Positions 37,540 through 46,683 of a stretch of DNA of 64,000 bases are shown piece by piece. Position 1 is the first letter of the stretch. Every line of letters starts with the position of its first letter. The notes under the pieces are model-generated. The model saw only the letters and a program-made list of their open reading frames with translations, did not search any database and was not told the DNA's origin. The stretch lies in contig JAQBZB010000010.1 in the NCBI GenBank assembly GCA_027622275.1, positions 2,598-66,597 of the forward strand. Direction: 5' to 3'. This DNA is from Planctomycetota bacterium. Lineage in GTDB: Bacteria; Planctomycetota; Planctomycetia; Pirellulales; Pirellulaceae. Both the position numbers and the translations under genes were made by a program.

Positions 37540-38898
37540 CTAGAAAAACGTCAGGTACTGGTCGATCTCCCACCGGGTCACTTGTGCGACGTAAGTTTCC
37601 CATTCCCGGGTCTTCAGTTCGATGAACTCGGGAGCAATGACGCCGAGCGCGCTTTGAATCACCTTGTCTTGGCGAAGTTCGCCGATCGCTTCGAGCAGCG
37701 ACTGCGGCAGGATCTTTGTTCCTTGTGCGAGGATTTCGCCCAGCGACTTGTCGTACATGTTCTCGAGATTGGGTGCGCCTGGATCGATCTTGTTTTCGAT
37801 TCCGTCAATCCCCGCGGCGACGTACGCCGCAAGTGCCAAATACGGATTGCAACCCGCCGAGACGGTGCGGTCTTCAAAGTGGCCCGGCCCGGCCGTGCGG
37901 ATCATCTGCGTGCGGTTGTTGTCGCCATACGTAATGAAGGCGGGTGTCCAGGTGAAACCGCTGCGCGTGGATTGCAAACCCGCTCCCAGTTTCAGACGCT
38001 TGTAACAGTTCACGGTCGGGCTGGTCACGGCACATAAGGCACGTGCATGCTTCAAGACGCCGCCGACAAAGTGATATCCCAGCTCGGAGCATCCCAGCCC
38101 ACGCCCGTCCGATGCATCATCAAACAGGCACTTGCCGCTGGCCGGATCGGCGAGATGGAAGTGAACGTGCAAGCCGCTGCCGGTCCGATCGCTGAACGGC
38201 TTTGGCATGTGTGTGGCGATGGCACCGTACTTCTTCGCGAGTTGCGACGTCGTCATCTTGAAGAAAGTAACGCGGTCGGCCGTTGTTAGCGAGTCTTTGT
38301 AGTCGAAGTTGACTTCGTATTGACCGTTCGCGTCCTCATGGTCGGTCTGGTAAACGCCCCAGCCAAGTTCATTCAAGGAACTGGTCAGTTCTTGCAGATA
38401 CGCCATCGCCGGTGCCATCGAGCGAAAGTCGTAACAAGGCTTGGCCAGATGATCGACGTTGTCCGGGCTCCAGGGAGCAATCGATCCATCCTCACGGCGA
38501 GTCACCAGAAAATGTTCGGGCTCCATGCCGACGTTGAAGACGTAGCCTTTGTCTCGCACCGACTGCAAGACCCGTTTGAGATTCGTTCGCGGGCAAAAGG
38601 CATAAGGCTGTTGGTCAACGAACAGATCGGCGGCGAAGCGGGCCGTATTGGGCATCCACGGCAGCGGCGTATAGCTGTCGAGGTCGATGCGCGCCATCAT
38701 GTCGTGGGAATGCGGTCCTTGTCCCATTCCCCACACCGCGGCTCCCGCAAAGCCCGCTCCGTCATCAATCACACTGTCCAAGCTCGACGCGGGAACCATC
38801 TTCACTTTGGCGGCACCATGAATGTCAACAAACTGTGCCAGGATGAAGTCGATACCATCCTGCTTCATCTGTTCGCGAATAGCTTCTCGATCAGTCAT
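37540..38898 (-). CDS. gmaS: Glutamine-synthetase-family ligase, gamma-glutamylmethylamide synthetase-like
   Basis: GS beta-grasp + catalytic domain (FVDIHGAAKVKMVP...; NVGMEPEHFLV; GSGLHVHFHL; NRTQMIRT). The functional name comes from clustering with mgsABC and the four-subunit oxidase. Confidence 0.7.
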   Translation of the reverse strand: MTDREAIREQMKQDGIDFILAQFVDIHGAAKVKMVPASSLDSVIDDGAGFAGAAVWGMGQGPHSHDMMARIDLDSYTPLPWMPNTARFAADLFVDQQPYAFCPRTNLKRVLQSVRDKGYVFNVGMEPEHFLVTRREDGSIAPWSPDNVDHLAKPCYDFRSMAPAMAYLQELTSSLNELGWGVYQTDHEDANGQYEVNFDYKDSLTTADRVTFFKMTTSQLAKKYGAIATHMPKPFSDRTGSGLHVHFHLADPASGKCLFDDASDGRGLGCSELGYHFVGGVLKHARALCAVTSPTVNCYKRLKLGAGLQSTRSGFTWTPAFITYGDNNRTQMIRTAGPGHFEDRTVSAGCNPYLALAAYVAAGIDGIENKIDPGAPNLENMYDKSLGEILAQGTKILPQSLLEAIGELRQDKVIQSALGVIAPEFIELKTREWETYVAQVTRWEIDQYLTFF

Positions 38899-39131
38899 GT
38901 TTTTTGATCTCGCGTTTCGTGTTCAATCAAGACGGCGGCTAATTCACCTGGCTGACGCAACTGCGCCGCCTTCGCAGTGTATTGCGAGGTTTCCAGTGCG
39001 AACTTCCAAATCATAAACGCTACACAGAATACCAAGCAGGCGAGGAACATTGGCACTTCCCAACCGGCGAGCGGGTAGATCGGACCGACTTCCATTGGAT
39101 TTGTCTGCCACGTTTCGATCGTCGGATTCAT
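38895..39131 (-). CDS. Small single-pass membrane protein, translationally coupled between amt and the GS-like gene
   Basis: ATGA overlaps at both ends (39128-39131 and 38895-38898). One hydrophobic helix, VPMFLACLVFCVAFMIW. Confidence 0.6.
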   Translation of the reverse strand: MNPTIETWQTNPMEVGPIYPLAGWEVPMFLACLVFCVAFMIWKFALETSQYTAKAAQLRQPGELAAVLIEHETRDQKT

Positions 39132-40540
39132 TTGTCACTTTCTTTTAGTCGCTGCTGCATTGCTTCGCGTTCGGCCTCGACGAGTTCGCGGCTGTGTGCC
39201 GTTTCGTCAGCCATGATATCGTGATCCAGCCCGGCCAATTCGACTTCCCACGGAATACGCAACAGGCCCGCCCGTTTCAACGCCCATGCCGCGGCGTAAC
39301 AGGGGACGAACCCCATCACGAAAAAGACGATGACGGCTCCGGCGATTTGGCCCCACGGAGTAATCGGTGCGTAGCCTGCATTGGGAGAACTCGGATACCC
39401 CCACAGCAAAAAGCCGGCAACGATCACACCGATCGAACCGCAGTAGCCGTGAATCGCCACGGCCCCCACCGCGTCGTCAATCTTGAACTTTCGCTCGACC
39501 CAGTAGTGCAGTTTATAGGCACACCACACTCCCAACACGGCGATGAAGAACGCTTGAAAGGGATGATACAAGTCGTTGCCGGCCGATGCGGTGATGACTC
39601 CGCCAAGTCCGCCTTGGAATGTCCAGAACGGGTCGCCTTTCGAGACGATGTACCCGATCAGCAGCCCGCCCGTCAGGGCCATCAGGAAGTTGACCGTGAT
39701 GGCGCTCAGCGTGGTCGGCGTGAGATAGATCGTTGTCGCGGAGAAAAACGTGCGGCTATCGTCGGGATCGATGTCGATGATCGGAACATTGCACGCTGCA
39801 TAGAAACCCCAGAAGCCCGTGAAGATCAGAAACATCCCGATGATGATCATCCAGGTGTTGTGAGCCGGGAACGCGCGTGGCGTGCCGTCGTCGCGGAAGC
39901 GGCCGATGCGCGGACCGAGATGAATCAGAATCGCCAGTGCCGAGCCGCCCGAAATGGCGTGAATGACTCCCGATGCGTAGGCATCGTGATAGCCGAGCTT
40001 TTGCACCATCCACCCAGTATCCGACCAACCCCACGCGGCAACGAGCACCCACGTGATGCTGCCAACCAAGATGGCGAGCAACCAGAACGCGCCCGAACGA
40101 ATTCGCTCGATGACCGCACCGGATAGAATCGAACCGGCCGTCCACGAAAACAACAAGAACGCGGCCCAAAACACGCCATTTAACCGCGACCACGTGGCAG
40201 TGTCGCCGCTGGTCAGCGTCGAGTCCGCCGGTTGGCCGCCCATGTGCGGACCCATGAGTTCGTTCCATGGCAGACTCCACGCAGCGCTCTTGAGGCCACC
40301 CGTGATACCCGGTCCATTCTGGCAGGCGAAGTACAGCCACCAGCCGACAAAGAAAAACGCGAACGTGATCACCGGGATCAACATCGAGTTCTTCATCAGC
40401 GTATTCAGCTTGTTCTTCTCGCGCGAGACGCCAACTTCGTACAGGCAGAACCCAACGTGAATCAGAAACATCATCACGACAGTCACCCAGTAGTAAAACT
40501 CGGTGAAGATGACGGTTAGTGCGCTGAGTTCGTTTTGCAT
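39128..40540 (-). CDS. amt: Ammonium/methylammonium transporter (Amt family)
   Basis: About 11 TM segments. N-terminal ...MMFLIHVGFCLYEVGVSREKNKLNTLMKNS matches the Amt signature (AGFA.LE.G.VR.KN..N...KN). ...AVAIHGYCGSIGVI... is the second conserved His region. Confidence 0.85.
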   Translation of the reverse strand: MQNELSALTVIFTEFYYWVTVVMMFLIHVGFCLYEVGVSREKNKLNTLMKNSMLIPVITFAFFFVGWWLYFACQNGPGITGGLKSAAWSLPWNELMGPHMGGQPADSTLTSGDTATWSRLNGVFWAAFLLFSWTAGSILSGAVIERIRSGAFWLLAILVGSITWVLVAAWGWSDTGWMVQKLGYHDAYASGVIHAISGGSALAILIHLGPRIGRFRDDGTPRAFPAHNTWMIIIGMFLIFTGFWGFYAACNVPIIDIDPDDSRTFFSATTIYLTPTTLSAITVNFLMALTGGLLIGYIVSKGDPFWTFQGGLGGVITASAGNDLYHPFQAFFIAVLGVWCAYKLHYWVERKFKIDDAVGAVAIHGYCGSIGVIVAGFLLWGYPSSPNAGYAPITPWGQIAGAVIVFFVMGFVPCYAAAWALKRAGLLRIPWEVELAGLDHDIMADETAHSRELVEAEREAMQQRLKESDK

Positions 40541-40691
40541 ACGATCGACTCGATTGGGTTAGCCGAATGGTATCAGCTAGCCGACCAAGCTCAAGCAGGA
40601 GCGTCATGTTCGCGCCCACAGTCTTCGCGCGCATCGCACTTGCGGCCAGACGGTGGAGTTGGGTTCGGGTAGCGGTATCGTTTGGCGAATC

Positions 40692-40725
40692 AGACTTCCG
40701 AAGTCTCGGAAGACTTCGGAAGTCT
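40692..40725. promoter_or_regulatory. Paired 15-nt palindromes AGACTTCCGAAGTCT-cgga-AGACTTCGGAAGTCT in the divergent intergenic region
   Basis: Read directly. It lies between the amt start (40540) and the CHAT gene start (40838). Function unknown. Confidence 0.5.
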
Positions 40726-40837
40726 CCCTGAAACCGCTCCACCACCCAGGTTCGTACCTTGCTGAACCGTGCGACGGAACCTGCTACAATGCCGCCCTGT
40801 CCGGCAACGCACATTTTCCAACCTTGGGCGATCCCTT

Positions 40838-43800
40838 ATGGCGGCAGACACCACGATACTTCACATCGAGCAGCAAACCCGCGAAGCCGGGAAACACACG
40901 ATTCAGCTCACGCTCGAGCGGCCCGGCGAATCGAGACTCACGGCCAAGGCGGACATCGAGTTCGCGCTCACCGCGCAGGAACACGCCGAGTTACGGTGGT
41001 ACCTCGAAGATTACCTCGTCCGGGCGGAATCCGTCACGGCGGAACACGTCCAGCAGATTGAACGCTGGATGAAGGAGCGGGGCGAGGAGCTGTATCGCAA
41101 GGTTCTGCGAGCCAATGACAACACGCAAGATCTGTGGTCCAGCGTGCGGAATCAGCTTCATGACCTGCGCGTCGAGATCACGACCGGGGTGGCCGATACG
41201 GCCGCGATTCCGTGGGAGTTGATGTACGAGCCGAAGTCGGACTCGGCGATCGCGCTGCGAGTAAAATCATTCGTCCGCGTGCAGTCGGAAGCCAACATCA
41301 GCTTCGTCAAGCCGCCAGACACCGACGAACTCGGACGCGTCCGGTTGCTGTACGTCGTGTGCCGGCCCAGTGGAACGAATGGCGTCGCGCTGCGGGCGGT
41401 CGTCAATCAACTGCTGCAGGCTCTGGAAAAGGAAAAAGACCTGGATCGCTTCGACATCACGGCGCTGCGGCCGCCGACTTACGAGCGATTGCAAAAGGAA
41501 CTCGCGAACGCGAAAGCCGCCGGACGGCCGTATCACATCGTGCATTTCGACGGGCACGGCGTGTATGCGGACCTTGAGAAAACAACGCTGGCCGACTGGG
41601 CGAAGGCATTGTCTCATCTGGTGCTGGGATCCGACACCAAAGGCAAGCACGGCTACCTGCTGTTCGAGCATCCCGACAGCGAGGACAAGATGCGGCCGGT
41701 CTCGGGCGATCAGCTCGGCAAGTTGCTGCACGACAACGGCGTGCCCGTGCTGGTGCTGAATGCCTGCCAGTCGGCCATGCACGAAGCGACCAGTAGCCGG
41801 AGTCGCCAGACTTCGGATGAAGAACACGTGGAAACCCCGAATTCTGGCGAATCCGGCTACGAAGACGTTCACGACGAAGTCCGCGCGATCGGCTCGCTGT
41901 CGCAGGCCGTGGTCGATCAGGGCATCCCGGCAGTGCTGGGGATGCGGTACAGCGTGTTTGTTGTCACGGCCGCGCAATACATCGGACGAGTGTACTCGGC
42001 GCTGGCCGCAGGCCGGAGCTTCGGACAAGCGGCGACCGAGGGCCGCAAAGATCTGCACGCCAACCCCGAACGCTGGGTCGGCCTGCAGCCTCGGCCGTTG
42101 CAAGACTGGTCCGTGCCGGTCGTGTTCGAGGCCGCACCGTTGCAGTTGTTCCCGGACATCACGGCCTCGAAAGCGAAGACACTGCGCGAGCAATCCCGCG
42201 CCGCCGCGGCGCAGCTCGATCCGATTCAAAACGGCTCGATCGATGTGAAGTACGTCCCCGACACCGGCTTCGTCGGCCGGGACGAGACGCTGTTGCTGCT
42301 GGATCGGGCGTTCGATACGCAGCGGGTCGTGCTGCTGCACGCTTACGCCGGGCAGGGCAAGACGACGACCGCCGTCGAGTTCGCTCGCTGGTACGCGACG
42401 ACCGGCGGACTGGGTGCCCGCCCGAACGTGCTGCTGACGTCGTTCGAAACCACGACCACGCTGCGCGACGTGCTGGACACGATCGGCCAGGCGGCGGTCG
42501 AGGACTGGGCGGCCATCAACCGGCTCGAAGAGAAGCAGCAGCGTGTGCTGGCCGTGCTGCGGAGCGTGCCGCTGCTGTGGATCTGGGACAATGTCGAGCC
42601 GGTTCAGGGGTTCCCCGCCGGCACCGAATCAAGCTGGACGGACCAGGAGCAGCGTGAGCTGGCGGACTTTCTGAAGCGGATCAAGCTGGATTCGCAATCC
42701 AAGGCGAAGGTGCTGCTGACCTCGCGGCGCGACGAGCAGGCGTGGCTGGGCGGGATTCCGTACCGCGTGCCGATGCCCAAGATGCGGCCCAGCGACGCGG
42801 CCCGGCTGGCTCAGCAACTGGGTGCCGAGCGGAAGCTGACGCGCGTCGAGATCAACAGTTGGCAGCCGCTGCTGGACTACTGCGCCGGCAACCCGCTGAC
42901 GCTGCGCGTGATCGTGGGCCAGGCCGTGCGGATGGGACTGCGGGGCGAGGACCAGATCGCGACCTTTGTACAGGCGGTCCGCGACGGCGAGCAGCAGATT
43001 GAAGACGCCGACGAAGCCCAGGGCCGCGACGTCTCGCTGGGCGCCTCGCTGGACTACGGCTTCAAGAACGCCTTCAACGAGGACGAACTGCCCGTCGTCG
43101 CCCTGCTGCACCTGTTCCAGGGTGTGGTGGATGTGCGCGTGTTGGAGTTGATGAGTGTTGGCGAGTACGCGTTGCCGGAATTGGCCGTGGGGCAAGCTTC
43201 CAGCTTGCCATCCGACACGCAAGCTGGAAGCTTACGCCACGTCAAGCTCACGGCGTTGCTCGAGCGTTGCAGCGAGACGGGCCTGCTGACGCATCTGGAC
43301 GGCACATGGTACACGATCCACCCGGCGCTGCCGTGGTTCCTGCGTCAGCTCTTCGCCCGGCATTATCCAGCAACAAGTAGCATGGGCCCCCGGCCCGTGT
43401 CCCCCGCACAGCCGACGCCTTCGGAAGCCGGCACAACCAACGAAGTCCACGGGCCGGGGGCTCATGCTACGACCGCCACAGCCGCGCTCCGCGCGTGGGT
43501 CGAGGCCGTCGGCGCACTGAGCAATCACTACCACGACCAATTCGGCGACGGCAACCGGGACGTGATCCAGCCGCTGGTCCTGGAAGAGTCGAACCTGCTG
43601 CACGCCCGCCGCGTGAGCCGCCGCCACGGCTGGTGGTCGCCAGTCATCAGCGCCATGCAGGGCCTGCGGACGCTGTACCAGTACCAGGGCCGCCTGGCGG
43701 AATGGTCGCGGCTGGTCACCGAAATCGTGCCCGACTACTGCACCGACGCCGACGACCCCGTCCCCGGCCGCGAAGACCGTTACAGCCTCGTCATGGGCTA

Positions 43801-44779
43801 CCGGGTCGGTCTGGCCCGCGATCACCAGCGCGACCTGCCCCAGGCCGCCCGCTTACAGGAAAAGGCAGTCGACTGGGACCGCCAGCAGGCCGCCGCCGCG
43901 CTGGCCCTGCCGCCCAACGCCCCGCTGGATGCCGACCAGCGAAACCGCATCCGCACGCTCGGCGTCGGCGTGTTCACTCTGGGCCAGATTCTCAGGGAGC
44001 AGGGCAGCGGCGATTGCATCCCGGCCTACGAGGAGACCGTCCGCTACACGCAACGCATCGGCGACACCGCCGCCGAAGCCACCGCCCACTTCAACATCGG
44101 CCACGCGTACATGCAGCTTCCCGAGATCCGCGATCTGGATGCCGCCGAGGCCGCCTACCAGCGTAGCCTGGACTTACGCGAAAAGGTCGACGCGGTGGGC
44201 CGCTCCCGGTGCATCAAGCAGATCGGCATGGTGCATCACGAGCGGTTCAACGAATCGCGAGCCGCGCTCGTAGGACGGACGCCGTCGTCCGTCCAGTCAG
44301 AGGCGACGGGCAAGAGTGCCCATCCTACGGATACGACGGACTCGGAAGTCCGTCGTACGGAAGAGGAGGAGGTGCTGCGTCACGCCCAGGCCTCCGAGTC
44401 GCACTACCACCAGGCACTGGCCCTCTGCCCCGCCACCGCCATCACCGACCTGGCCCCAATCCACAACGCATTAGGCAATCTTTACTTCGAAGTTGGCCGG
44501 ACCGAACGGGCTCGCGAGCACTATGAGAAAGACGCACACTACGAAGAACAAGCCGGCAACCATTACGGTGCGGGCCAGACGCGTTTCAACATGGCCCTGA
44601 TGTATCTTTCCTCCGCGTCGCGCGAGTCCACGCCGTCCGGTCGCGAGACGCTGTTACGCCGCGCGCAGACCTACGCCGCCGCCGCGCTGCGCGACTTCCA
44701 GCACTACGAAGGCCGCGCCGCCGCCGATGAAGCCCAAGCCCAACAACTGATCGACCTCATCCAGCAGCAACTCCCGTAG
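40838..44779 (+). CDS. CHAT (caspase-like) protease domain + STAND P-loop NTPase (NB-ARC-like) + TPR repeats
   Basis: CHAT His/Cys dyad context HIVHFDGHGVY ... VLVLNACQSA. Walker A is LLHAYAGQGKTTTAVEFA and Walker B-like is LLWIWDNVE. The C-terminal TPR-like repeats include AHFNIGHAYMQL, ALGNLYFEVGRTERAREHYEK and NHYGAGQTRFNMALMY. ATG 40838 is preferred. Confidence 0.85.
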   Translation: MAADTTILHIEQQTREAGKHTIQLTLERPGESRLTAKADIEFALTAQEHAELRWYLEDYLVRAESVTAEHVQQIERWMKERGEELYRKVLRANDNTQDLWSSVRNQLHDLRVEITTGVADTAAIPWELMYEPKSDSAIALRVKSFVRVQSEANISFVKPPDTDELGRVRLLYVVCRPSGTNGVALRAVVNQLLQALEKEKDLDRFDITALRPPTYERLQKELANAKAAGRPYHIVHFDGHGVYADLEKTTLADWAKALSHLVLGSDTKGKHGYLLFEHPDSEDKMRPVSGDQLGKLLHDNGVPVLVLNACQSAMHEATSSRSRQTSDEEHVETPNSGESGYEDVHDEVRAIGSLSQAVVDQGIPAVLGMRYSVFVVTAAQYIGRVYSALAAGRSFGQAATEGRKDLHANPERWVGLQPRPLQDWSVPVVFEAAPLQLFPDITASKAKTLREQSRAAAAQLDPIQNGSIDVKYVPDTGFVGRDETLLLLDRAFDTQRVVLLHAYAGQGKTTTAVEFARWYATTGGLGARPNVLLTSFETTTTLRDVLDTIGQAAVEDWAAINRLEEKQQRVLAVLRSVPLLWIWDNVEPVQGFPAGTESSWTDQEQRELADFLKRIKLDSQSKAKVLLTSRRDEQAWLGGIPYRVPMPKMRPSDAARLAQQLGAERKLTRVEINSWQPLLDYCAGNPLTLRVIVGQAVRMGLRGEDQIATFVQAVRDGEQQIEDADEAQGRDVSLGASLDYGFKNAFNEDELPVVALLHLFQGVVDVRVLELMSVGEYALPELAVGQASSLPSDTQAGSLRHVKLTALLERCSETGLLTHLDGTWYTIHPALPWFLRQLFARHYPATSSMGPRPVSPAQPTPSEAGTTNEVHGPGAHATTATAALRAWVEAVGALSNHYHDQFGDGNRDVIQPLVLEESNLLHARRVSRRHGWWSPVISAMQGLRTLYQYQGRLAEWSRLVTEIVPDYCTDADDPVPGREDRYSLVMGYRVGLARDHQRDLPQAARLQEKAVDWDRQQAAAALALPPNAPLDADQRNRIRTLGVGVFTLGQILREQGSGDCIPAYEETVRYTQRIGDTAAEATAHFNIGHAYMQLPEIRDLDAAEAAYQRSLDLREKVDAVGRSRCIKQIGMVHHERFNESRAALVGRTPSSVQSEATGKSAHPTDTTDSEVRRTEEEEVLRHAQASESHYHQALALCPATAITDLAPIHNALGNLYFEVGRTERAREHYEKDAHYEEQAGNHYGAGQTRFNMALMYLSSASRESTPSGRETLLRRAQTYAAAALRDFQHYEGRAAADEAQAQQLIDLIQQQLP

Positions 44780-44845
44780 GCCGGATCAAGGCTTTGCGCA
44801 GTTCCGGCACCGGTACGGCGTTCCGTTCGTGCCATCGAGTGGCTG

Positions 44846-45301
44846 CGGTCGAGTCTTCGAGCCCCCAGAAAAACCCGCTCGCCCCGATCATTCACGAAGC
44901 CTAAAACACCGGTGTATTGAAGCCTGAAGCGCCAGCGAAGAAAAACGCCGTGCGAGGCTTCGCTCGCGATTTTCGAAGTTGCGATTTTCAGCGTCCTATG
45001 GCCTGAAGGGCCTGAACATATCAGCCCAGGGCAACGCCCTGGGGATCTTGATGCGCGCCACGACGAAAGCCCTGAAGGGGCGAAACACATGGCGTAGTCG
45101 AATGGTGTGTCGCCCTTTCAGGGCTCAAACGCGTTTCTGCAATCACAACCCAGGGCGTTGCCCTGGGCTGATATGTCCAGGCCTTTCAGGCCAAAGCAAA
45201 GAGCGCTGAGAAACGCAACTTCAACACTTGCGCTTCAGGCTCGAATACTCCACGATAACGAGCCCTCAGCGCCCTTTTTCTGGGGGCTCGAAGACTCGAC
45301 C
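44846..45301. repeat. ~455-bp compound (nested) imperfect palindrome
   Basis: The outermost 26 nt, GTCGAGTCTTCGAGCCCCCAGAAAAA (44849-44874), is perfectly complementary to 45275-45300. Inner arms are GGCCTGAAGGGCCTGAACATATCAGCCCAGGGCAACGCCCTGGG versus CCCAGGGCGTTGCCCTGGGCTGATATGTCCAGGCCTTTCAGGCC. The central hairpin is GCCCTGAAGGGGCGAAACAC...GTGTGTCGCCCTTTCAGGGC. It lies between the convergent CHAT gene and mgsC. Confidence 0.9.
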
Positions 45302-45335
45302 CCAGCCACCCTCAACTTCAGCGGAGAAAATAAAC

Positions 45336-46682
45336 TTACGGATCCCTGCGTCCGGGAATCCAATCCGTCCCCGCCAGCGGCACCTTCGCCATCGCGGCGG
45401 CTTCGACCGTCAATGCAACCAGATCCTCCGGTTCCAAGTGATGAACGTTCGACTTGCCGCAGGCCCGGGCGAGGGTGGTGAGTTCCATGTTGAGGACTTG
45501 CAGGTAGTTCTTCAATCGCTCGGCACCCACGTCCGGCGTCAATCGACGTTCGAGAACGGAATCTTGCGTTGTGATCCCAACGGGGCATTGGCCAGTGTGG
45601 CAGTGATGGCAATAGCCGGGCGCAGTACCAAGTTTCGCGTAATCCTCCGTGGCGTCGATGTTCGCGCCATCTTGGACATACGAATCGTGGTTGCAGCCCA
45701 AGGCCACCAGCACGCCTTGCCCGATCGCGACCGCGTCGGCTCCCAACGCCAATGCTTTGGCAACGTCCGCTCCCGTACGAATTCCACCTGAGATGATCAA
45801 CTGGACTTCGCCCACGACGTTCATGTCGTCCAGCGCTTCGACGGCCAATGGCAACGCGGCGAGCGTGGGAATTCCGGTGTGTTCGATGAAGACCTGTTGC
45901 GTCGCGGCGGTTCCGCCTTGCATGCCGTCGATGACGACCACGTCGGCACCCGCTTTGACCGCCAGCTTCACATCATCTCGGACACGCGTGGCTCCCATCT
46001 TCACATAGATCGGAACTTGCCAGTCCGTGATCTCGCGTAGTTCCTCGAGCTTGATCTTCAAATCGTCGGGACCGGTCCAGTCCGGATGCCGGCACGCGGA
46101 GCGTTGATCGATACCCTCGGGCAAGGTTCGCATCTTGGCAACTCGCGGGCTGACCTTTTGACCCAGCAGCATTCCGCCGCCACCGGGCTTTGCGCCTTGA
46201 CCGAGAACCATCTCGATCGCGTCGGCCTTGCGCAAGTCGTCGGGGTTGAACCCGTACCGCGACGGCAAACATTGATACACGAGCGTCTTGGACGACTGGC
46301 GTTCTTCCGACGTCATGCCGCCGTCGCCAGTGGTCGTCGAAGTCCCCATCGCGGTCGCGGCTCGGCCGAGCGCTTCCTTCACATTCGCCGACAAAGCTCC
46401 AAAGCTCATGCCGGCGATCGTGATCGGGATCTCGAGTTCGATCGGCTTCTTCGCGTAGCGAGTCCCGAGCACCGTCTTCGATTCACACTTCTCGCGATAG
46501 CCTTCCAGCGGATATCGCGACGCCGACGCGGTGAGAAAGACCAGATCGTCGAACGAAGGGACCGCGCGCTTGGCACCCATGCCGCGGATCTCGTACAGCC
46601 CGTGCTGTGCCGCTTCGCGGATGTAGCGGATCGCGAGGCGATCGATCGATGCGCTTTCTTCACGATGAATCGGGCGGGACAA
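45336..46682 (-). CDS. mgsC: FMN-dependent glutamate-synthase-domain protein (GltB domain 2), N-methylglutamate synthase subunit C-like
   Basis: ...GQGAKPGGGGMLLG.KV... and ...ISGGIRTGADVAKALALGADAV... The TTG start at 46682 lies 1 nt after the mgsB TGA and is preceded by AGGAG. The ORF-track start 46922 would overlap mgsB by 239 nt. Confidence 0.8.
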   Translation of the reverse strand: MSRPIHREESASIDRLAIRYIREAAQHGLYEIRGMGAKRAVPSFDDLVFLTASASRYPLEGYREKCESKTVLGTRYAKKPIELEIPITIAGMSFGALSANVKEALGRAATAMGTSTTTGDGGMTSEERQSSKTLVYQCLPSRYGFNPDDLRKADAIEMVLGQGAKPGGGGMLLGQKVSPRVAKMRTLPEGIDQRSACRHPDWTGPDDLKIKLEELREITDWQVPIYVKMGATRVRDDVKLAVKAGADVVVIDGMQGGTAATQQVFIEHTGIPTLAALPLAVEALDDMNVVGEVQLIISGGIRTGADVAKALALGADAVAIGQGVLVALGCNHDSYVQDGANIDATEDYAKLGTAPGYCHHCHTGQCPVGITTQDSVLERRLTPDVGAERLKNYLQVLNMELTTLARACGKSNVHHLEPEDLVALTVEAAAMAKVPLAGTDWIPGRRDP

Positions 46683-46683
46683 A

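Noticed and set aside
40541-40700. Sigma-54 (-24 GG / -12 GC) promoter upstream of amt, given the nearby sigma-54 activator and the nitrogen theme
   Set aside because: No TGGCAC-N5-TTGC-like match with correct spacing was found by eye. The candidates TGGTCGGCTAGCTG and TGGCCGCAAGTGCG have the wrong spacing.
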